This document shows, piece by piece, positions 49,170 through 59,383 of a DNA stretch of 64,000 nt; position 1 is the first letter of the stretch, and every line of letters starts with the position of its first letter. This stretch comes from Candidatus Multivoradales bacterium. GTDB lineage: Bacteria > Acidobacteriota > Thermoanaerobaculia > Multivoradales > JAHEKO01. The stretch lies in contig OZ243123.1 in assembly GCA_965212505.1 (NCBI GenBank), positions 2,766,796 through 2,830,795 of the forward strand. The letters run 5' to 3'. The notes beneath the pieces are model-generated. The model searched no databases and was not told where the DNA came from. It saw nothing but the letters and a program-made list of their open reading frames with translations. Position numbers and translations under genes: made by a program.

Positions 49170-49347
49170 TGCCACCTCCTTGTTGGGTTTCTGGTGACGC
49201 GGATCGGATTCGTGGGTGTGGGTCAACCTGCGGTTTCCACGGGTGAATCGGTCACTGTCACCTTTCGCAGAATGATAACGAAAGGCCCGATGGAACCTAG
49301 CAAAGGCCCCCTCAGCCGGCAGCGGCCTATCTCACAGGCAGAGCCGG

Positions 49348-50331
49348 CTAGCGAGATCCAGCTCGCCAGCGAGCGCGGAGGTCGCCCGTCAGTACCACCT
49401 CGGGCTCGAGCCGGACGCCAAAGCGCCCCTCGACCTCCGCCCGCGCCCGCATCATCAGCTCGAGGACGTCAGCCGCCGAGGCGCCGTCGAAGTTGACGAT
49501 CACGTTGCCGTGCTTTTCGCTGATCCGGGCGCCCCCGACCTCGAGCCCCTTGAGACCGCACTCGTCGATCAGACGGCCGGCGTAGTCCCCCTCGGGGTTC
49601 CTGAAGATCGAGCCGACGTTGGGATAGCCGGAGGGCAGGGTGCTCTTGCGCTTGCTGTTGAGCTCTCGAATTCGCCCGAGCGCCGTCTCCGAGTCGCCGC
49701 GTCGCGTGCGGAAGAGCGCGTCGGCGACGATCTCGTCACGACCCTGGAGGCGGGTGCTCCGGTAGCCCGGCTGAAGGTCCTCGATCGTCCAGGTAGACAG
49801 CTCACCGCTTGCGCCGACGACCGTTGTTTCGACCAGCAGATCCTTGATCTCAGTGCCGTAGCAGCCGGCGTTCATCACCACGGCGCCACCCACCGTCGAG
49901 GGGAAGCCCGAGAGCGCCTCGAGACCGGTGAGCCCCTGAGCGGCGGTGGACCGCGCCAGCTGGCCCAATGAGACCGCGGCACCGGCCCACACCAGCTCCT
50001 CGCGAAACTCGACCCGATCGAAGTCGCCCTCGAACTTGAGCACCACCCCGGAGAGACCGTGGTCGGGGATCAGGACGTTCGACCCCAGGCCCAGGACCTG
50101 TGTCGCCACGGCATCGGCCGCTTCGGCGATCACCGCTCGCGCCTTCCTCAGCCCGTCGACCGTCGAAACACGAAGCAGCAGCTCCGCCGGCCCGCCGATG
50201 CGAAAGGTGTTGTGTCGAGAGAGAGCCTCGCCTGCGCTCGCCTCGACTCCGTCGATCGACTCGAGCGCAGCCAGCAGGTCGTGGGCGACTGTCGGGGAGG
50301 CTTGCAAGGAGGACGATTCCGATCCCGTCAT
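49348..50331 (-). CDS. murB: UDP-N-acetylenolpyruvoylglucosamine reductase
   Basis: FAD-binding (HNTFRIGGPAELLL…VLGLGSNVLI) and C-terminal MurB motifs (GYPNVGSIFRNP…GGARISEKHGNVIVN). Start placed at the internal ATG; the 46 upstream codons are Arg/Gly-rich. Confidence 0.8.
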   Translation of the reverse strand: MTGSESSSLQASPTVAHDLLAALESIDGVEASAGEALSRHNTFRIGGPAELLLRVSTVDGLRKARAVIAEAADAVATQVLGLGSNVLIPDHGLSGVVLKFEGDFDRVEFREELVWAGAAVSLGQLARSTAAQGLTGLEALSGFPSTVGGAVVMNAGCYGTEIKDLLVETTVVGASGELSTWTIEDLQPGYRSTRLQGRDEIVADALFRTRRGDSETALGRIRELNSKRKSTLPSGYPNVGSIFRNPEGDYAGRLIDECGLKGLEVGGARISEKHGNVIVNFDGASAADVLELMMRARAEVEGRFGVRLEPEVVLTGDLRARWRAGSR

Positions 50332-50542
50332 GGGAGGCAACGGCGGGGGAGCGTTCGCCACGGTTCGATCGCTTCCCGCTTCGCACGACACCCACTCCCT
50401 GCCCCGCTCACCATCCCAGCGGCGGCATTCAGGGCGACCCTCAGGTGCCGCTTCCCCGCCGTTTCTCAAATCGACGGCGAGCGATTAGTATACCGCCGAG
50501 GTCTGCGCCGCCCGGCCTCGATTCCCTACAGGAGCAAGGCCC

Positions 50543-51595
<1,053 letters not shown>

Positions 51596-51764
51596 CCGCC
51601 TCGGCACGCTGATCTGGTGCGCGGCGATCCTCGTCGCCGCGGCCGGCATCTCGCCGGTCACGGCGGAGGGCCTCGAGATCAGCGGTCAGACCGAGGGCGC
51701 TCAACTCGGGGGCGATCCTCTTCGGATTTCGATCGCACTCTCGGGTGTTGCGCCGACGGAAGAG

Positions 51765-53519
51765 GTGCCGGTCACGGTCCGCGTCGACGGGTCGGTGTCG
51801 GACGAGCTCTCGCTCGCTCCCGGGAGCCATTCGGTCGAACTGGCTGCAACGGCCCGAGGAGAGCAACGCATTCGGATCGAGGCGACCGAAGCGTCCGCTG
51901 AGTTCTCGAGCAAGGCGATCCCCGGTTGGCTGTCGGTTCTGCCGCCCCTGGTGGCGATCGGGCTGGCTCTGATCTTCAAAGACGTCATCCTTTCGCTCTT
52001 GCTGGGCGTCTTCTCTGGAGCCCTTTTCATTTACCACTGGCAGCCCGCGACGGCTCTGGCCCGCACGGTCGACACGTTTGTCGTGCCGTCGATCACGGAC
52101 CCGAGTCAGGCGAGCATCCTGGTCTTCACCACCATGCTCGGCGGCATGGTCGGACTGATCTCGAAGAGCGGCGGAACGCAGGGCATCGTCAACCGGCTGA
52201 CGCCCTACGCCACCAGCCGCCTGCGAGGCCAGGCCGCCACCTGGGCACTGGGCGTGGTCATCTTCTTCGACGACTACGCCAACACTCTGATTGTCGGCCC
52301 GACGATGCGGCCGATCACCGATCGGCTCAAGATCAGTCGCGAGAAGCTCGCCTACATCGTCGACTCGACGGCGGCACCTGTCGTGAGCCTCTTCCCGATC
52401 TCCACCTGGGTCGGCTTCGAGGTCGGCTTGATCGGCGCCGCGCTCACCTCGATCGGCCTCACCACCAACGCCTACGCTGCGTTTGTGAGCTCAATCCCCT
52501 ACCGCTTCTACCCCATCCTGGCACTGGTGATGGTGCTCACGATCGCGCTCAGTCGCCGCGACGCCGGGCCGATGCTCAAGGCCGAGCGCCGCGCCGTCGA
52601 GACCGGGAAGGTCCTGGGCGACGCCGACGTGCCGCTCGCCGACTACTCCGAGGGCGCGCTCGCGCCGCCCGAGGACAAGCCGCACCGAGCCTTCAACGCT
52701 CTCTTGCCCATTCTGACGGTCGCCTCCATGACCGTCGTCGGCCTCTACGTCACCGGCTCGGTCGGCGTCGAGCGAGGCGACTACTCTTCGACTTTCACCT
52801 GGATCCGCGACGTGTTCGGCAATGCCGACAGCTACCGAGCCCTCCTCTGGGCGAGCCTCTCCGGCATGCTCGTCGCGATGATCCTGCCACTGGCTCAGCG
52901 CATTCTGACCGTTCGCGAGGCAACCGGAGCCATGGTCGAAGGCTTCCGTTCCATGCTGATGGCGTTCGTCACCCTGATCCTCGCCTGGTCGATCGGGAGC
53001 GTCTGCTCGGAGCTTCACACCGCCGACTACTTGGTCGGCCTCACCTCGGGGCTGCTGTCCCCTTATTGGGTGCCGGTCCTGACGTTTGTCCTCGCCGCCG
53101 GCATCTCGTTCGCGACGGGAACCGCCTGGGGAACCATGGCGATCCTGACCCCGCTGGTCATTCCAATTGTCCACGGACTCAGCCTCGAAGCCGGTTTCGG
53201 CCTCGAAAGCGCCGAGTTCTCGCGCCTCCTGCCAGCCACCATCGCGTCGGTTCTATCGGGCGCCGTCTGGGGTGACCACTGCTCCCCCATCTCGGACACG
53301 ACCATCCTCTCGAGCATGGCTTCCGGCTGTGACCACATCGCCCACGTCCGTACCCAGGCGCCCTACGCCCTGGCGATCGGCGCTCTCGGCATCGGCATCG
53401 GCAGCATCCCGAGCGCCTACGGCCTGAGCCCGCTCCTGTCGCTCCTGCTCGGCATTGGAGTGATTGTCGGTGGCGTTCTCTGGCTCGGCAAGACGGCCGA
53501 ACCGGCGCCCAGCGACTGA
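51765..53519 (+). CDS. NhaC-family Na+/H+ antiporter
   Basis: Polytopic membrane protein with NhaC-like N-terminus (LPPLVAIGLALIFKDVILSLLLGVFSGAL) and C-terminal repeats. GTG 51765 is the first canonical start after recA. An in-frame signal-peptide-like stretch (LIWCAAILVAAAGISPVTAEG, 51597-51700) lies upstream with no canonical start. Confidence 0.6.
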   Translation: MPVTVRVDGSVSDELSLAPGSHSVELAATARGEQRIRIEATEASAEFSSKAIPGWLSVLPPLVAIGLALIFKDVILSLLLGVFSGALFIYHWQPATALARTVDTFVVPSITDPSQASILVFTTMLGGMVGLISKSGGTQGIVNRLTPYATSRLRGQAATWALGVVIFFDDYANTLIVGPTMRPITDRLKISREKLAYIVDSTAAPVVSLFPISTWVGFEVGLIGAALTSIGLTTNAYAAFVSSIPYRFYPILALVMVLTIALSRRDAGPMLKAERRAVETGKVLGDADVPLADYSEGALAPPEDKPHRAFNALLPILTVASMTVVGLYVTGSVGVERGDYSSTFTWIRDVFGNADSYRALLWASLSGMLVAMILPLAQRILTVREATGAMVEGFRSMLMAFVTLILAWSIGSVCSELHTADYLVGLTSGLLSPYWVPVLTFVLAAGISFATGTAWGTMAILTPLVIPIVHGLSLEAGFGLESAEFSRLLPATIASVLSGAVWGDHCSPISDTTILSSMASGCDHIAHVRTQAPYALAIGALGIGIGSIPSAYGLSPLLSLLLGIGVIVGGVLWLGKTAEPAPSD

Positions 53520-53660
53520 CGGGGCCGGGCGCCTCGAGTGATACCGTAGGCGGACGTACCTCAGTTCTTCAATCGGGTTCGCGCAGGAAGCGCGTTTCTA
53601 GTTCGATACCGCGGCCATTTCGGGCGGCGGGAGTCTGATGCGTCGGAAAGGGAGGGTGTC

Positions 53661-55169
53661 GTGGTTCGAACTCTGAGAGCGATTCTGGTGTTGGCTGTGG
53701 CGATGGGGTTGCTGGCTTGTCCTTCTTCTGAGCGCGTGGATGAGCGCCCGAATGAGCTCGCTCTCGAAGAGCTCCAGATCAGCGAGGCGTTGCGAGCGCA
53801 CATCAAGCGACGCGAGCCCCTCACCTACGTGCTCTACACATTCAGTGGCGAGGAGCCCTACAAAGAGCCCCATCGGCAATATTGGCAGGGGATTCTCGTC
53901 CTGGACGAGATGGATCGTGAGAAATCCGAACGAGACACCGCCGACGCCCATGGCAGCGTCGACTACGGCTGGCAGCCCATGCCGCCCCGGAAGAGCACCT
54001 TCGCGGACACGGTGAGCAAGGCCGGCCTCGTGGTCAAGCGACAGAGTATGAATCCCGACGGTTCGTCTCAGATCGCGGTAGACCTGACGCAGGATGGCGT
54101 CGTCGACTACCTCGACGTACTCCTACCGGACGGTCAGAACTCGATTCTCGCCAGCGACCCTCACGGCCTGGCGTTTCTGGACGAGCTCTTGGGCGGCAAG
54201 AACCCCTACTGCCAGTTCAGTGAGATTTTCCAAGCTACGCCCGAGGCGCTATACGGGTGCGAAGAGGAATCAGGCGAGGACGACAGCGACGGTCAAGGTT
54301 CCGACTCGGACGGCACCGCGTCGGAGAATCCCCTGGATGACCTGATGGAGGATCTCTGCGCCGGCTTCGGTTCGAACAACACGTCCGGCCCCCGGGTGGG
54401 AACGCACACCTATGAGGGGTTCCGCGACCTGCCCAATGGCGATTGGCAGATCATTTCCGCCCGGCAGTACGATCGGGATGGCCAAAACGTCAAAGTCATC
54501 CGAACCACGACGTTCACTTCGGACAATGAGCTCCTCGGAACCGAGATCGAAACCATCGTGACGGACGCGGAAGGCAACGTCACCGAAACGCATGTCCAGC
54601 AGCTTGGACCGGACGGCGCCGTCGTCCTCAATACCCACACGACCTACAACGACGACGGCACGATTACCCGGACGACACAGTTCGACGACGGTTCCTCCAC
54701 CTGGTCTACCGAAGACGCGGAGGGGAACGTCATCAACGAGGGGTTCTCGCCTGCCGACACCCACCCCGGCTGGGACCCGATGTTCGATGGCGGAATGGCA
54801 GAGTTTTGCGCCATCTGGGACGCTTCTCAGAACGATCGTCCGAACGACGTCGATCAGCTCAACGAGCGAGCCAACGAAGAGCGTTGCAGCGTCGCCCCCA
54901 ACGAGTCGGACGACGACGGCGAAGACGACGACAGCTCGCTGGCGAAGACCTGTTTCCTCGACGTCGACGGCAGGATCGAAGTCGACCGCATCCTCGCCGC
55001 CGGAGTCTGCGTGTCGAGGGTCGGTGGGACGCACTTTGACTACCAGACTGCCGAGCAGTGTGAGTCGAACTACGCGCGGGTCCTGGACGAGGGCATCCTC
55101 AACTTCGGCGGCGCCGGTGTCACCGGGTTCGAGTGCGACCAACTGGTCTGCAGGGGCCCGGAGGACTGA
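53661..55169 (+). CDS. acidic, Cys-containing lipoprotein of unknown function
   Basis: 502 aa. Lipobox: LAVAMGLLACPSS. D/E/S-rich low-complexity linker (EEESGEDDSDGQGSDSDGTASENP). Multiple Cys pairs and repeated T/D-rich beta segments. Confidence 0.4.
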   Translation: MVRTLRAILVLAVAMGLLACPSSERVDERPNELALEELQISEALRAHIKRREPLTYVLYTFSGEEPYKEPHRQYWQGILVLDEMDREKSERDTADAHGSVDYGWQPMPPRKSTFADTVSKAGLVVKRQSMNPDGSSQIAVDLTQDGVVDYLDVLLPDGQNSILASDPHGLAFLDELLGGKNPYCQFSEIFQATPEALYGCEEESGEDDSDGQGSDSDGTASENPLDDLMEDLCAGFGSNNTSGPRVGTHTYEGFRDLPNGDWQIISARQYDRDGQNVKVIRTTTFTSDNELLGTEIETIVTDAEGNVTETHVQQLGPDGAVVLNTHTTYNDDGTITRTTQFDDGSSTWSTEDAEGNVINEGFSPADTHPGWDPMFDGGMAEFCAIWDASQNDRPNDVDQLNERANEERCSVAPNESDDDGEDDDSSLAKTCFLDVDGRIEVDRILAAGVCVSRVGGTHFDYQTAEQCESNYARVLDEGILNFGGAGVTGFECDQLVCRGPED

Positions 55170-55186
55170 GTGTCTCTCGGGAGGCG

Positions 55187-55528
55187 ATGACGGTGACGGA
55201 AGAGACGGATCGGGAAGAGCCGGCGGCACCCGGCGGCGACGACACCGAAGTTCTCGACAGCGAACTCCAGTCAACCGAGCTCGAAATCACCGACGTCTTC
55301 GACCTCCACAGCTTCCCGCCGCGCGAGGTGGCGGACGTCGTCCGCTCGTACCTCGACGCGGCACACGAGAAGGGCCTGCGAGAGGTCCGCATCATCCACG
55401 GACGCGGTGTCGGCGTGCAGCGGCAGACGGTTCGCAAGCTTCTGGAGCGCGATCCACGGGTGATCGAGTTTGGTGATGCGCCGATGGAGGCGGGCGGGTG
55501 GGGGGCGACTCTGGTTCGACTCGAGTAG
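55187..55528 (+). CDS. Smr (small MutS-related) domain protein
   Basis: GGGAGG RBS 6 nt upstream. Smr motif: LDLHSF…REVRIIHGRGVGVQRQTV. Acidic N-terminal tail. Confidence 0.6.
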   Translation: MTVTEETDREEPAAPGGDDTEVLDSELQSTELEITDVFDLHSFPPREVADVVRSYLDAAHEKGLREVRIIHGRGVGVQRQTVRKLLERDPRVIEFGDAPMEAGGWGATLVRLE

Positions 55529-55576
55529 CGTCTCCGCCTCGCGTGCTATCATTTGCTAGCATCCAGGAGGCTAGAG

Positions 55577-55795
55577 ATGGCAACCGTACAGATCAACGCC
55601 AGAGTCGACCCGGCCCTGAAGAAGGCCGTCGACGAGTACTGCCGCTCCCGCGGCATCGTTCTGAACCACTTCGTGCAGGAGGCGCTCATCGATCGCCTCG
55701 AGGAGCTCGAGGACGTAGAGGATCTGAAGGCGATAAGGCACGAGCCGACGCGCCCGCTTTCCGAGCTGCTCGCCGAGCTCGAGCTCGATGCCTAG
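55577..55795 (+). CDS. type II antitoxin (ribbon-helix-helix/RelB-DinJ-like)
   Basis: 72 aa. AGGAGG RBS. N-terminal RHH-like beta strand (ATVQINARVDPALKKAVDEY), acidic C-terminus. Overlaps the toxin gene by 8 nt. Confidence 0.55.
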   Translation: MATVQINARVDPALKKAVDEYCRSRGIVLNHFVQEALIDRLEELEDVEDLKAIRHEPTRPLSELLAELELDA

Positions 55796-56063
55796 CACGA
55801 GTGACCGCAAGTACGAGATCGAGATCTCCAGAAGCGCTGAGAAGCAGCTAGGCAAGCTGCCCAGGGGCGACCTGGAGCGCATCGTCCGGGCCATCCGGGC
55901 TCTCGCTCACGAACCGCGACCAAAGGGCTCGCGCAAACTGTCCGGCTACGACGACGTTTTTCGGATTCGGGTCGGGCGTTTTCGGGTTCTGTACAGCGTC
56001 GAGAGCGGCAGGCTCATCATCATTGTCCTCAAGGTCGGCCATCGCCGCGAGGTCTATCGTTGA
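55788..56063 (+). CDS. RelE/ParE-family type II toxin (mRNA interferase)
   Basis: 91 aa. RelE/StbE pattern (YEIEISRSAEKQLGKLPRGDLERIVRAIRALAHEPRP…RIRVGRFRVLYSVESGRLIIIVLKVGHRREVY). Confidence 0.7.
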   Translation: MPSTSDRKYEIEISRSAEKQLGKLPRGDLERIVRAIRALAHEPRPKGSRKLSGYDDVFRIRVGRFRVLYSVESGRLIIIVLKVGHRREVYR

Positions 56064-56079
56064 CTACTCCTGCACGCCC

Positions 56080-56520
56080 ATGACCGTGCAGATCAAACGG
56101 CGGGCGCGGGCTCTCTGCGCGCTTGCGCTGTCGACCGTAATGGGCTGCGGCTACAGCCAAAGCGGTACCTGGGAAGACGATCCGAACAACTATCGACGAG
56201 CCTGGGGCACCGATCCACCAGAGAGTCTGACGGTTGTCCACTCCTGGTATCAGCGAATGCCGCACTTCACGCGGGAGGAGATCTACTTCTTCCACATCGC
56301 CAACTCACCAGGATTCGCCGAGACGTTTGCCCAAACGAACGAGATGCAGCGGGCAAAGGCCGAGCTTCTGGAGGACTTCTGGTTCTGCGCGGCGCGGCCC
56401 GGTTGGTTCGCGCCCGGAGATCCGAGGCAATACCGAGCCTGGGTCGAGCGCAGTGGATCAGTCCTAGCCATGGAGGACAAACTCGCGGGCGACAGCTTTG
56501 TCTACGTTTGTTGGCTCTAG
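56080..56520 (+). CDS. lipoprotein of unknown function
   Basis: Internal ATG gives MTVQIKRRARALCALALSTVMGCGYS (lipobox). Trp/aromatic-rich 146-aa product. Confidence 0.4.
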   Translation: MTVQIKRRARALCALALSTVMGCGYSQSGTWEDDPNNYRRAWGTDPPESLTVVHSWYQRMPHFTREEIYFFHIANSPGFAETFAQTNEMQRAKAELLEDFWFCAARPGWFAPGDPRQYRAWVERSGSVLAMEDKLAGDSFVYVCWL

Positions 56521-56529
56521 AAGACCGGC

Positions 56530-58320
56530 CTACCGACCAAGCATCTCGAGCAGCCCGATCGTGAACCAGGGCACGTAGGTGATCAGCAGTACACCGATAC
56601 CCAGAATGATCAGCATCGGCACCGCCGCCCGCCAGATCGCCAGCAACGGACGTTCGAACCGGTAGGCCGCGAGGAACAGATTCAACCCGACCGGCGGCGT
56701 CAAATACCCGAGCTCGAGGTTGGCGACGAAGATGATCCCGAGGTGCACCGGGTGGATGTCGAAGGCCATGCCGAGCGGCACGATCAGCGGCACGACCACT
56801 ACGATTGCCGAGAAGACATCCATCATGCAGCCGACGAGGAGCAGGAGGATGTTGAGCGCCAGCAGGAAGACCCACTTCGACTCGACGTTCTCCTGGGCCC
56901 ACTCGACCAGCTTCGCCGGGACCTGGGCGTCGACCAGGTAGCTCGTGAGCCCCTGGGCGACCCCGAGGATGATCAGAACGCCGCCGACGAGAACGACGCA
57001 CTCGGTGAAGACCTTCCGCAGCTCTCCCTTGAAAGGAATGTCGCGGTGGATCAGGACCTGGCTCACGAGGGCGTAGAGCGCGGTCAGCGCGGCGGCCTCG
57101 ACCAGGGTGGCGAGGCCGCTGAAGATCGCGCCGAGCGCCAGAAACGGCAGGAAGAGCTCGAACTTGGCGGTCCAAACAGCACGAAGCGCCTCGCGCACGG
57201 CGAAGGTCTGGCGCTCCACGTCCCCACGCATCGCCTCGCGCACTCCCCACCCGGCAACGAGTGCGATCATCAGAATGCCGGGCACCAGACCGCCGATGAA
57301 CAGGTCTTCGATCGGGATCGAGGCGACGATGCCGTACAAAATCAGCGGCAGCGCCGGCGGGAAGAGTAGTCCGAGCGAACCCGAAGCCGTGAGCAGGCCC
57401 AGCGAGAAGCGGTCCGAGTAGCGGTCAGCTCGGAGCGCCTGGTAGAGCAGGCCACCAAGCGCCAGGATGGTGACGCCTGAGCCGCCGGTGAAGACGGTGA
57501 AGAACGCGCACAGCACCGCGGTAACGACCGCGGTGCCGCCGGGCATCCAACCGAACCAGGCCCGGAACACCCGCAGCAGGCGGTTCGACGCCTCTCCCTG
57601 GGCGAGAGCGAAGCCGGCCAGGGTGAAGAGCGGGATGGCGGCCAGGAACGGCGAGACCGCCAGCCGGTAGGTCTCGGCCGGCACGGCGGCGGCGGGAACA
57701 CCATCGGACAAGAAGAGAAAGAGGGCGAAGCCGCCAAGGGCCACGAAGATCGGCCCTCCGAGGAGCGTCGCAATCACGATCAGCACGAGCCAGGGCCAGG
57801 CCGACTTGAACTCGAGCCAGGTCTGGTACTGGCCCAGCACAACGCCAACAACGAGGCCGAGCCCCGCGACGGCGCGGCCGAGCCAACCCTCCGAGGCGCG
57901 CCAGACCAGGCGGAGTGCGATCAGAGCAAAGGCCACAGGAATCGCCAACTGCCCCACCCAGACCGGGATGCCGCCGGCGATCACCGTCTCCGCCTGCCGC
58001 TCGATGACAATCAGATCGATCGCCGCCCGACAGAGAAGCATCGAGACGCCGGCGCCGACCGCCGCCGAGACCACCTTCGAGCGATCACGCAACTTGCCTT
58101 CCGGCATCAGCTCACCGGTAGCGAGTACGAGGAGCTTGCCCTCGCGCGCAGCCAGCGCGGCGCCGAGGAAACCGACCCAGAGGGTCAGATGCTGAACGTA
58201 GGCCAGCGAACCGGGGATACCGATTCCGAAGAACTTCCGAGCGACCACCTCGCCGAGGGGAAGGATGATCATCGCGGCCAGAACGGCGGCCGCAAACCCC
58301 TCTTCGAAGCGGCGCAGCAA
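56530..58320 (-). CDS. TRAP transporter fused DctQ-DctM permease
   Basis: 596 aa. N-terminal small-permease-like segment (~160 aa, 4 TM) fused to the DctM-type large permease. Confidence 0.8.
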   Translation of the reverse strand: MLRRFEEGFAAAVLAAMIILPLGEVVARKFFGIGIPGSLAYVQHLTLWVGFLGAALAAREGKLLVLATGELMPEGKLRDRSKVVSAAVGAGVSMLLCRAAIDLIVIERQAETVIAGGIPVWVGQLAIPVAFALIALRLVWRASEGWLGRAVAGLGLVVGVVLGQYQTWLEFKSAWPWLVLIVIATLLGGPIFVALGGFALFLFLSDGVPAAAVPAETYRLAVSPFLAAIPLFTLAGFALAQGEASNRLLRVFRAWFGWMPGGTAVVTAVLCAFFTVFTGGSGVTILALGGLLYQALRADRYSDRFSLGLLTASGSLGLLFPPALPLILYGIVASIPIEDLFIGGLVPGILMIALVAGWGVREAMRGDVERQTFAVREALRAVWTAKFELFLPFLALGAIFSGLATLVEAAALTALYALVSQVLIHRDIPFKGELRKVFTECVVLVGGVLIILGVAQGLTSYLVDAQVPAKLVEWAQENVESKWVFLLALNILLLLVGCMMDVFSAIVVVVPLIVPLGMAFDIHPVHLGIIFVANLELGYLTPPVGLNLFLAAYRFERPLLAIWRAAVPMLIILGIGVLLITYVPWFTIGLLEMLGR

Positions 58321-58322
58321 AC

Positions 58323-59339
58323 TCAGCGAGCGTCTCCGGCGGCGCTCTCTCGCCGATAGGCTTCGCGCGCGGCGAGCACCAGGTCGAACGCTTCAGCTGG
58401 AATGCGAACACCGCGCAGCGAGGTCTCGAACTCCTTCGCCAACTCCTCCCAATTCGCCACGTTGGCCGCGGTGTGCACCGTGAGCCCACGCTTGGACATC
58501 TCGGCAATGGCCGTCGCGTCCTGCTTGGGAATCTCACGCTCGAGCTGACGCTCCATCTCGACGGCCGCGGCCAGCATCGCCTTCTTGTCGGTGTCGGAGA
58601 TCCGGTTCCAGATGCGGCTCGAGACCACCGTGGCACCGACCAAAGGCGCGAGGCCGAGCTCCATCATGTGCGGCGTCTGACGAAACCACTGCAGCGAGAG
58701 CGCTGCGAGGGGCGTTGTCGGGATGACGTCGATCATGCCGGTCTGGAGCCCGGTCATGATGTCGGTCATCGAAAGCGCCACCGGCTGGAAGCCTTCGCGC
58801 TTCCACCACTGAAGCATCTGGCCGTCGCCGGCCGAGACGAAGAGCTTGAGCCGGCGTAGGTCTTCGACCGTCTCGATCGCCTCGGTCGAAAACACCTGAG
58901 CCCATCCTGCGTGGCCCCACTGAATCAGCTCGTAGCCCTTGGCGCGCGCCCGACGTTTCATCTCGGGCTCGACCGCTCGCAGAACGTGGAAGAATTCCTC
59001 GTAGGAGTCGTAGAAGAAGGGAATCGCGAGCGCCTCGAAGGCCGGGTCGATGTCGATGAGACCGCTGACGGTGATCGTGCCGGCATGCAGCTGACCGATC
59101 CGCATCTTCCGCAGCACGTCCGGTTCGTCGCCGGCGACGCCTCCCGGGTAGATCCGCAGCTCGACGCGTCCCTGGCTCTCGCGCTTCCAGGTGGAGCCCA
59201 TGCTCTTGAGCGCCTTGTCCCAAACAGAGCCGTCAGGAACGAGCGTGGCGAGTTTGATGGTGACGTCTGCTGCAGCGACGGGAGCGGCGGTGCTCACGCA
59301 GAGCACCCCTACGAGACAGGTACTAATCAGGAATCGCAT
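58323..59339 (-). CDS. TRAP transporter substrate-binding protein (DctP family)
   Basis: 338 aa. Signal peptide. DctP-like pattern (IKLATLVPDGSVW…RVELRIYPGGVAGDE…). Confidence 0.8.
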   Translation of the reverse strand: MRFLISTCLVGVLCVSTAAPVAAADVTIKLATLVPDGSVWDKALKSMGSTWKRESQGRVELRIYPGGVAGDEPDVLRKMRIGQLHAGTITVSGLIDIDPAFEALAIPFFYDSYEEFFHVLRAVEPEMKRRARAKGYELIQWGHAGWAQVFSTEAIETVEDLRRLKLFVSAGDGQMLQWWKREGFQPVALSMTDIMTGLQTGMIDVIPTTPLAALSLQWFRQTPHMMELGLAPLVGATVVSSRIWNRISDTDKKAMLAAAVEMERQLEREIPKQDATAIAEMSKRGLTVHTAANVANWEELAKEFETSLRGVRIPAEAFDLVLAAREAYRRESAAGDAR

Positions 59340-59383
59340 CTACCGCTTCCAACAAGCACGCCCGGCCCTCGAATTCCGATAGG

